A stretch of DNA of 64,000 nt from positions 20,466-84,465 of the forward strand of contig JBJLIB010000014.1 of the NCBI GenBank assembly GCA_045564015.1. The letters run 5' to 3'. Shown in pieces: positions 56,940-64,000 of the stretch (its first letter is position 1; every line of letters begins with the position of its first letter). The translations under genes and the position numbers were made by a program. Below the pieces are notes generated by a model. That model saw only the letters and a program-made list of their open reading frames with translations. It was not told where the DNA came from and ran no database searches. The DNA comes from Gammaproteobacteria bacterium. GTDB lineage: Bacteria; Pseudomonadota; Gammaproteobacteria; Magnimaribacterales; D2472.

Positions 56940-59372
56940 ATGCGAAGCCTTTATATAATAATTTTGATTTTTACCAGTTCCAATCTTTTGGCGCAAGCTG
57001 ACTGGACAAGAAAAAATACATGTGAGTATACTGATTTTGACAATACTGACCTTATTGAAAAGCTAATTAAGGGAATGAGCATTGAAGAAAAGGTAGGGCA
57101 AGTAATTCAGGGAGACTTAGACTTTATTTCGCCTGCAGATGTTCGGAAATATAAGATTGGCTCTGTACTAAACGGAGGAAATACTGCTCCAAATAAAGAT
57201 AAATACAGCTCAGCGGAGGATTGGAAGACATTAAGCAAAGAGTTTTATGAAGCCTCTCCTTCATATCAGGGTGTTAAGGTCCCAGTATTATGGGGCACTG
57301 ATGCGGTTCATGGACACAATAACGTAATTGGCGCAACCCTTTTTCCGCATAATATAGGTTTGGGCGCAACTAGAAATGAAGCTTTGGTTAGAAACATTGG
57401 TGAAGCGATTGCTCTGGAAGTTCTTTCAACTGGGGTAGCTTGGACATTTGCCCCAACAATTGCTGTCCCTCAAGATGATCGCTGGGGTAGAACATATGAG
57501 GGATTTTCTGAGGATCCAATTTTGGTATCTAAACTTGGTAAAGCATTAGTTCTTGGACTTCAGGGTCAGGGCGATACATTTCTAGACAACAACCATGTAA
57601 TTGCAACCGCAAAACATTTTATGGGCGATGGGGGAACATTTGAAGGAATTGATCAAGGGAATACAAGAATCTCTGAAGCAGGCCTAAGAGAACTGCATGG
57701 GTTTCCATATTTTGATGCTCTTGATGCCTGTGCTCAAACTGTTATGGCAAGTTTTAATTCGTGGAATGGTGAAAAGATTCACGGTTACCAAAAGCTTTTA
57801 ACTGATATTTTAAAAATAGATATGCAATTTGATGGTTTTGTAGTTGGTGATTGGAATGGTCACGGACAGGTTAAGGGCTGCTCTAATTCTAAATGTGCTC
57901 AATCTTTTAATGCTGGGGTAGATATGTTTATGGTTCCAGAAAATTGGAAAGATCTTCTCAGAAATACAATTAGGCAAGTTAAATCAGGCGCAATATCTGA
58001 ATCAAGGCTTGATGATGCCGTTAGAAGTATCTTAAATGTAAAATCAAGGCTGGGACTTTTCAATAATAGAAAACCTCACGAATTTAAGGAAAATTATCTC
58101 GGCCATCCAGATCATATTGCGTTGGCTCGTCAAGCTGTAAGAGAATCGATAGTCTTACTAAAAAATAATAATAGATTATTACCCCTTGATCCTTCAAAAC
58201 ACATAGTTGTATTTGGCGATGCAGCAAATAAAATATCTTCTCAAACAGGTGGCTGGACAATTACTTGGCAGGGAAGAGAGAACTCAAACAATGACTTCGT
58301 AAATGTTAGTTCTATCTTCGAAGCTTTAAAAGCAGTCATTAACTCTTCTGGAGGAACAATTGAGTTCTCTTCAGATGGTAAATTTAATAAAAAACCAGAT
58401 GTTGCCATTGGGGTGTTTGGTGAAGAGCCATACGCGGAAATGCTTGGAGATATAGATGATGTTTCATTTGCGGCAACTGATCCTAAGTTTCTGTCTTCAC
58501 TAAAGCTCATAAGTGCTAAGGGCATTCCTACAGTTAGTATTTTTTTATCTGGAAGACCTTTAGTGGTGAATGAGCATATAAATGCTTCTAATGCTTTTGT
58601 TGCTGCCTGGCTTCCTGGCTCAGCAGTAGAAGGAATAGCAGATGTGCTTTTTCAAAAAAATAATACAATTAATTATGACTTTAAAGGCAAACTTTCATAT
58701 TCTTGGCCTAAATCTAAAGATCAAGCAGTCTTAAATTTTACTGACAGCATATATGATCCTTTATTTCCTTATGGTTATGGCCTCACTTATCAATCAGATA
58801 CAAATCTTACAAGTATTCAAACTCAGAATACTTTTTCCAAACTTGATTCTGTGAATGTATTCCTGGGCGCTGCTTCAATTCCAGGCAAAGAGTTTGTGGT
58901 AACTAAATCTGGACCTGAATTTGTATTAAAGGATGATTTTATAAGCGCTAATAACAAAATTAAAATCACAAGATTTGATTATCAGAGGCAAGATGATGCT
59001 AAAAATATCATCTTTGTTGCAGATGAATCTTTGCAAGCGTTTGGTATTTCAACTCAATCAGCAATTAATTTATCTACTATGAAATCTCCTTTTTATGAAA
59101 TAGTTATGAGAGTCAACACACTTACAAACCCTTCGCTTTATTTTAGCGTCGGCTGTGGTAATAATTGTAGAGGCTCAGTCATATTACCATCTAAGTCGAT
59201 GACAAGCTGGTCAAAGATAAATATCCCACTTTCTTGTCTTGAAGCCTCAGGTTTGGATCTATCTAAAATTCAGGTCAGGAGCTTGTTTTTGAGTCAAGAT
59301 AGCATCAGCTTTGATCTTAATTCAATCACCATAAGAGATGGCAAAAGAACTGGTGAGCAGATTAGCTGTTAA
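56940..59372 (+). CDS. periplasmic GH3 beta-glucosidase / exo-beta-glucanase
   Basis: Signal peptide and GH3 motifs are present (WGTDAVHGHNN, KHFMGDGGT, nucleophile region FVVGDWNG). An extra C-terminal domain is present. Confidence 0.85.
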   Translation: MRSLYIIILIFTSSNLLAQADWTRKNTCEYTDFDNTDLIEKLIKGMSIEEKVGQVIQGDLDFISPADVRKYKIGSVLNGGNTAPNKDKYSSAEDWKTLSKEFYEASPSYQGVKVPVLWGTDAVHGHNNVIGATLFPHNIGLGATRNEALVRNIGEAIALEVLSTGVAWTFAPTIAVPQDDRWGRTYEGFSEDPILVSKLGKALVLGLQGQGDTFLDNNHVIATAKHFMGDGGTFEGIDQGNTRISEAGLRELHGFPYFDALDACAQTVMASFNSWNGEKIHGYQKLLTDILKIDMQFDGFVVGDWNGHGQVKGCSNSKCAQSFNAGVDMFMVPENWKDLLRNTIRQVKSGAISESRLDDAVRSILNVKSRLGLFNNRKPHEFKENYLGHPDHIALARQAVRESIVLLKNNNRLLPLDPSKHIVVFGDAANKISSQTGGWTITWQGRENSNNDFVNVSSIFEALKAVINSSGGTIEFSSDGKFNKKPDVAIGVFGEEPYAEMLGDIDDVSFAATDPKFLSSLKLISAKGIPTVSIFLSGRPLVVNEHINASNAFVAAWLPGSAVEGIADVLFQKNNTINYDFKGKLSYSWPKSKDQAVLNFTDSIYDPLFPYGYGLTYQSDTNLTSIQTQNTFSKLDSVNVFLGAASIPGKEFVVTKSGPEFVLKDDFISANNKIKITRFDYQRQDDAKNIIFVADESLQAFGISTQSAINLSTMKSPFYEIVMRVNTLTNPSLYFSVGCGNNCRGSVILPSKSMTSWSKINIPLSCLEASGLDLSKIQVRSLFLSQDSISFDLNSITIRDGKRTGEQISC

Positions 59373-59377
59373 CTTAG

Positions 59378-61549
59378 TCAATCATTCGGATTATAAAAAT
59401 ACTGAAATTTAGCGTAAATCTGAGATGTCTCTAATCTTATATTATCGCTAAATGGGTTGGGCTCTTCATAGAATTGTGTACCACCAATGTAAAAGATAGT
59501 AAAAGGGTTGGGTTTCCACTGAAATAAAGCCTCAAGGAAATAATCGTCACTAAAATCATTTTTTTCAATAATTGTTCTTGTAGATAATGCATTATCAAAT
59601 TGGTAGTCAATTTCAAATCTATTAATTTCACCTGCATAGAATTCTTCGTGAGTAATTTTATTTTTTAACTCAGAGTATCTATGCCCAAGAGAAATCTTGA
59701 AATTGTCTGAAAATCTAAATACGGTGAACAAATTATACTGGGTAGAGTCTCCAATTTCCGGCTGGTCAATTCTGTAAGCAATGGCTTCTCCCTTTTCATA
59801 TTTAAAGCTAGTAAAGAAACTTTCTGCAGGATGATATTCGCCACTTATTTCATATTCTTTTTGTTCACCAAATTGAATGCCCGCAAACTTTTCGCTTGAT
59901 TTAAGTTCAAACTCAATTCCACCAGAAAAGTTAAAATTTGTTTCAAGATTTATTCTAAATCCATAGAATTCTCGAGTTTTCTGATTTCGAAAATTTAATC
60001 TGTTTCTATTGTTCAAATTGAAATTAATCTTTCTTATAACACCCTGAGATCTGTATGTTCTTCCGTACCAATAGTTCCGATTTTTATAATCATTTCGTCC
60101 AACAAAACCAACATGTGCTCTGTAAGTTGGAGATACATCTTTAAATCTTATGCCCCAATTTGATCCATTAACAACTCTTCTTAATCGAAAATTTTTAGCT
60201 GAACCAGAGAAAGATTCTCCATCCATTGCATAAGTTCTTCCTGCAAAAGTATCATCAGTCTCAATATAATTTATGTAACCTTCCTGCGTATCACTTCTTG
60301 CATAATTTAAATCCAAAATATAATCATCAAGGAAGTTTATTAACCCATCAAATTCAACAAGTGATCCAGAACCACCTGATTGATAATCTCTATTGGTTGC
60401 TATTAATCCTAGGTGTGAATTATTTCCGAGGTTTCTTTTAAATCTGCCAACGGTCACCTTACTTTTTCCGGCATTTCCTCGATATGATCTTTCCTGTCCT
60501 GCTGCTAAATAGGGAGAATCACTATCAGTAGCATGCATAATATATGTTGAGCTATCTTTGCCCTGATTGACGTATTTAAGTGCACCAAGAGGACTTGTTA
60601 CAGATCTTGTATAGACCGTATTTAAATCTGATTTTAGAAGTTCTGAGCCTTCTAAAAAAAATGTTCTTTTTTCTGGATATGATATAGCAAAGGTTTCATT
60701 TGCCATGATCATTGGGACGTCTGATTCAACCTGAGAAAAATCAGGGTTAATGGTATATTCAATTGATGATGATTTGCTTAAATCATATAAGCCAGTAATA
60801 CCAATTTCATAATCGGGATTTTGCAATTTAAATTTATTTACTGGTCTATTTCCAATTTGATTTACAAAGATATATGGATAAACATAATTTCTATAAATTT
60901 CTTCAGGTGAACCCAAGATAACCTCTTCATCAACTTGACATGCGTAACATGTTTCTCTAGGAAGATTTTTAAATGATCCAAAGACTGTTTGAACGCCTGC
61001 TTCATATGATTTTCTTATGAATCCTATATTCCATTTCTGTACCTCTGTATCAGGCAACTGAAGCTCAGAAAACGGAATGATCATTTCAGCGGAATATCCA
61101 TCGTCTTGAAAAGCAGTGGCTGATTGAAACAAAATTCCCCAAGAGTCATCATTACCATTGCTAGTAAATTTTTCATCCAATTGGACGCCTAAAGCATTTA
61201 CACCCACTAAAATGCCATATCTTCCATCTCTAAATGGATCAGCCATCATGGCGAGATAGTCCTCATTGAAAGTTTCATCTCTATTTTTTAATGTCGCTCT
61301 TATTTTCTTAGGATCACCATATGCTTTTATGCCAATATAAATATTTTTTTTATCATATTTTAAATAAGCAGTAGTTTTTAGTGCAGCAGGACTATTTCTG
61401 GAGGGCATCAATTCATATTCCAGATCATAGGAGTTTGCTTGATCCCATTCGCTTGGAGATAGGACACCATCAAGCAAGAAGCTTTCCCCTGAAATATTAT
61501 AAGAAGCAGTTAGACAAAAAATAATAGATGCCAATTTTTTATAAGGCAT
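59378..61549 (-). CDS. CBM9-like / DUF5916-type outer-membrane protein
   Basis: The N-terminal region (DGVLSPSEWDQA...YLKYDKKNIYIGIKAY) resembles CBM9-like domains. The C-terminal region is long, beta-rich and ends in an aromatic-rich sequence. I prefer ATG 61549 because a signal peptide follows it; the ORF track starts at 61588. Confidence 0.5.
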   Translation of the reverse strand: MPYKKLASIIFCLTASYNISGESFLLDGVLSPSEWDQANSYDLEYELMPSRNSPAALKTTAYLKYDKKNIYIGIKAYGDPKKIRATLKNRDETFNEDYLAMMADPFRDGRYGILVGVNALGVQLDEKFTSNGNDDSWGILFQSATAFQDDGYSAEMIIPFSELQLPDTEVQKWNIGFIRKSYEAGVQTVFGSFKNLPRETCYACQVDEEVILGSPEEIYRNYVYPYIFVNQIGNRPVNKFKLQNPDYEIGITGLYDLSKSSSIEYTINPDFSQVESDVPMIMANETFAISYPEKRTFFLEGSELLKSDLNTVYTRSVTSPLGALKYVNQGKDSSTYIMHATDSDSPYLAAGQERSYRGNAGKSKVTVGRFKRNLGNNSHLGLIATNRDYQSGGSGSLVEFDGLINFLDDYILDLNYARSDTQEGYINYIETDDTFAGRTYAMDGESFSGSAKNFRLRRVVNGSNWGIRFKDVSPTYRAHVGFVGRNDYKNRNYWYGRTYRSQGVIRKINFNLNNRNRLNFRNQKTREFYGFRINLETNFNFSGGIEFELKSSEKFAGIQFGEQKEYEISGEYHPAESFFTSFKYEKGEAIAYRIDQPEIGDSTQYNLFTVFRFSDNFKISLGHRYSELKNKITHEEFYAGEINRFEIDYQFDNALSTRTIIEKNDFSDDYFLEALFQWKPNPFTIFYIGGTQFYEEPNPFSDNIRLETSQIYAKFQYFYNPND

Positions 61550-61704
61550 TTCAGTTTTTTTCTTTATTAAAAATAATTTTTTAAACATGGTTGTTTTAAG
61601 GGCACTGTATTTTAGGCTAATAAGAAGGCTCAGAATATAGATATTTAATAAGATTTCCCTTTTTTTATGTTCAATTGCATTGATTTGGGTATAATCATCG
61701 CATT

Positions 61705-61908
61705 ATGGCAGATAGCAAAAAAAAACAGACGAAGGTTTACTTGATCCCAGAAAGTGAATCAAGAGATAGTCATACATATCATTACCTTGCAGTTAAAACT
61801 AAGAAATTAGTCATTGAAAATCAGAAGCTTAGATTAAAAAAGTTTAATCCTGCTAAGCAAATCCATGAATGGTTTGTTGAGGCTAAATTGCCCCCTCACA
61901 GTAAATAA
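61705..61908 (+). CDS. divergent ribosomal protein L33-like protein
   Basis: 67 aa. YHYLAVKTKKLVIENQKLRLKKFNPAKQIHEWFVEAKL aligns with L33 ([37 protein letters not shown], E. coli sequence from memory). A TATAAT at 61690-61695 lies only 9 nt before the ATG. Confidence 0.45.
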   Translation: MADSKKKQTKVYLIPESESRDSHTYHYLAVKTKKLVIENQKLRLKKFNPAKQIHEWFVEAKLPPHSK

Positions 61909-61910
61909 AT

Positions 61911-63014
61911 CTACTCCCCCACTTTTCTAATGATAGACGATGAAATATCGTCTCTAAATATATCCTCACCAAAACCAGTAAATCTATTTTTAATATGCTC
62001 AGGTATCGAAACTGAGTCTAAGCCTATAAAATTCTTTTTAATCTTGCGTCCAAAAACTAAGAAATTAATGTTATGACTGTTAAATAAATCGAGTTCATCA
62101 AGCATGTCTTTTCTATTCAAATAAAACTTCTCATCTAACATTCTTGTTAATGTATCTGCCCCAATAATAAAAACTGAATTAGGAAATAATTGAGCCTTAT
62201 CGGTAAATTTACCAGCCTTAGTTAAGACCCATTCATAGGTTTGACTGAATTGTAATAATGTTCTCTTGATCTCATGATACGAAAGAGGGGGCTTATCAGC
62301 ATTTTGAATACAAATTTCATATGCAGGACTCAATCCGGTTCTTTTTTCTGCAAGTGCACTCATTTCGCTATGGCCAGAATGAAATGGATTAAATGAGCCA
62401 GGAAAGATTAATTCCGGTGTTCGATTTGATGATGAAATAAAATCAATTTTATTATTTACTAATTTGATCCAAGACTTTTCTGCTTGAGTTTTCTCAATGA
62501 TAAGGTTTGGTGACTTTTCTGGAAATTTGCTGACATCGCAAGCTTCAGACAAAGCATAAATTATATGTTGAGTGACAATTTCTTCTTCCTCGTCTCTTGA
62601 AAGCTCGCCTTTTATAAAAGAATAAGAAAAGCTTAAAGAATACTTATGTGTTTGGATGGCTATAAAAAATTTATGATCACCTTTTTTTGAATAATTAGTA
62701 GCTAATGATGCTGTTACAGCAATACCTAATAATTTTTTTGGATGAGTCTTTGGATCTATTTTTTTTGCTGCACTATAGGCTTTTGCTGCCATGCTAAGGG
62801 TGGTATCTAGACTGCAATAATGATCCGGTTGCCTTAAAAGATAATGATCTAAAGATTCTTTTGCATATGGAACATATGCCTCTAAAACAGAGTTGCTAGC
62901 ACCAGGCACTTTTAAAATTTCTGAAATTGCATTCGTTCCGCCTCCGCTAGAAACAATGACAAAACGATAAGACGAATTATGAATTTTTTTAATAGTTTCT
63001 AAATATTGAGACAT
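61911..63014 (-). CDS. fusion protein: CinA-C/PncC-like domain plus NadD/NMNAT-like nucleotidyltransferase domain
   Basis: The N-terminal half has VSSGGGT...PGASNSVLEAYVPYAKESL, compared with TAESCTGG...GSSAWFERGFVTYSNEAK in PncC. The C-terminal half has GSFNPFHSGH (the HxGH motif) and ISSSIIR (ISST-x-IR-like). Confidence 0.6.
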   Translation of the reverse strand: MSQYLETIKKIHNSSYRFVIVSSGGGTNAISEILKVPGASNSVLEAYVPYAKESLDHYLLRQPDHYCSLDTTLSMAAKAYSAAKKIDPKTHPKKLLGIAVTASLATNYSKKGDHKFFIAIQTHKYSLSFSYSFIKGELSRDEEEEIVTQHIIYALSEACDVSKFPEKSPNLIIEKTQAEKSWIKLVNNKIDFISSSNRTPELIFPGSFNPFHSGHSEMSALAEKRTGLSPAYEICIQNADKPPLSYHEIKRTLLQFSQTYEWVLTKAGKFTDKAQLFPNSVFIIGADTLTRMLDEKFYLNRKDMLDELDLFNSHNINFLVFGRKIKKNFIGLDSVSIPEHIKNRFTGFGEDIFRDDISSSIIRKVGE

Positions 63015-63064
63015 TTTTTATATAAGGCTTTAGATCGCAATGTTATTGAGTGCATAATTAAAGT

Positions 63065-64000
63065 ATGGTGAATGTTAACAAACAAACTCTTATAAATGCA
63101 CTCGATTCAGCAAGTTTTCCAGTCATTGCTGCATTGATGGTTCATTTTACAGGAGACATATCTGTACTAGATAGACTGCCTAGGCCAAAGCAATCAATGC
63201 TGGGCGAAATACAAGGTTTTTTAACAGCTGAAGAAAAAACTATCATTAAAAAATTTGCATTTGATGAAATTACAGCTTTTTATAACAAGCCTGATCAAAA
63301 GTCTATATATATTCCTTCAGATGAAGAGTTGCATCAGATGATGAATTATATTGTTGGAGAGAATATTTCTTCAGCATATGTTTCCATGATGCTGAAGGAT
63401 ATCAATATCAATAATGAAATTAAGCCAAATGTAAAATCTAATCTTGATAATATTTCTGACTTTGAAGTATTAATTATTGGTGGCGGTATGTCAGGAATAT
63501 TGGCAGCAATCAAATTAGCAGATATGGGTCTTAAATTTAAGATTTATGAAAAAAATAATAGTCCAGGAGGGACTTGGTATGCAAATAAATATCCTGGCTC
63601 CCGGGTGGATATAGCAAATCACTTTTATTCATACTCTTTCGAAGAAAATCATTTATGGTCAGAACATTTTTCTCAGCAACCAGAATTATTAGATTATTTT
63701 AATAAATGCTTCGTAAAATATGATATTGAAAAACATACACGCTTTGAAACCGAGGTTATTAAACTGAATTTTGATGAGTATGATCAATCTTGGTCTGTTG
63801 AATCAATCCAAGAAGCTCAAACAATCAGTGAAAAAGTAAACATAGTTATTTCTTGTGTTGGTCAACTCAATCAACCAAAATTTCCCAAGATCTCTGGAAT
63901 TGAAAGCTTTCAAGGAAATATGTTTCACTCTTCAGGATGGCCGAAGGAAGATGTGATCAGCGGCAAAAAGGTTGCAGTGGTTGGAAGTGGCGCCAGCGCC
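63065..64000 (+). CDS. Baeyer-Villiger (type I flavin) monooxygenase, first 312 codons; continues beyond the window
   Basis: This is my own translation, since the ORF is open-ended and absent from the track. It has GGGMSG (FAD binding), the BVMO fingerprint FQGNMFHSSGWP, and a second fold VAVVGSGASA at the window edge. A ~140-aa N-terminal extension precedes the FAD motif. Confidence 0.8.
   Translation, partial: MVNVNKQTLINALDSASFPVIAALMVHFTGDISVLDRLPRPKQSMLGEIQGFLTAEEKTIIKKFAFDEITAFYNKPDQKSIYIPSDEELHQMMNYIVGENISSAYVSMMLKDININNEIKPNVKSNLDNISDFEVLIIGGGMSGILAAIKLADMGLKFKIYEKNNSPGGTWYANKYPGSRVDIANHFYSYSFEENHLWSEHFSQQPELLDYFNKCFVKYDIEKHTRFETEVIKLNFDEYDQSWSVESIQEAQTISEKVNIVISCVGQLNQPKFPKISGIESFQGNMFHSSGWPKEDVISGKKVAVVGSGASA

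Overview
This is an AT-rich (roughly one-third GC by eye), very gene-dense chromosomal segment with short or overlapping gene junctions. The style fits streamlined marine Gammaproteobacteria (SAR86-like); that assignment is inference only. I support about 56 CDS, one tRNA-Gly(GCC), several intrinsic terminators, a few promoters or operator-like palindromes, and one candidate non-coding RNA. I saw no rRNA, CRISPR array, transposase, intact integrase or recognisable defence system.

Gene blocks from left to right:
- 1-3031: a 2-oxoacid:acceptor oxidoreductase alpha subunit (cut by the window edge), coupled to a GltD-like FAD/Fe-S oxidoreductase.
- 3212-8819: a trans-sulfuration PLP enzyme with a structured leader, then rhlE and typA.
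- 8909-16250: assorted hydrolases (SDR, serine hydrolase, S1/P1 nuclease, patatin), an RRM protein, and periplasmic proteins.
- Three TonB-dependent receptor (TBDR) loci, at 16.4-19.4 kb, 32.2-34.6 kb and 42.8-45.7 kb, each flanked by secreted hydrolases or unknown proteins.
- 21334-31429: a co-directional 10-gene array, coaBC-panBCD followed by the acetylcitrulline-type arginine cluster argF'-argG-argE-argA/B-argC-argH.
- 36056-38003: tRNA-Gly, an LpxH-like gene and a GT4 glycosyltransferase.
- 48164-54006: glcB, DUF1330, an M20 peptidase and a GH2 hydrolase.
- 54378-61549: a beta-glucan-type uptake and hydrolysis set (Na+/sugar symporter, glucokinase, GH3, CBM9/DUF5916 outer-membrane protein).
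- 61705-64000: an orphan L33-like gene, a CinA/NadD-like fusion, and a partial Baeyer-Villiger monooxygenase.

The most interesting unexplained signals:
- A promoter-to-terminator, ~220-nt, purine-rich unit with no ATG and no ORF at 54045-54297 (candidate new sRNA or leader).
- A hairpin plus terminator leader upstream of the Met-pathway PLP enzyme (candidate riboswitch).
- Three unrelated secreted proteins whose predicted mature N-termini all start (G/A)HHE.
- Internally duplicated or triplicated unknown secreted modules next to TBDRs.
- An integrase-arm-like N-terminal extension on the GltD-like oxidoreductase.
- A divergent, apparently leaderless L33-like gene.

Everything rests on reading the sequence and on remembered family motifs. 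No database search was run.
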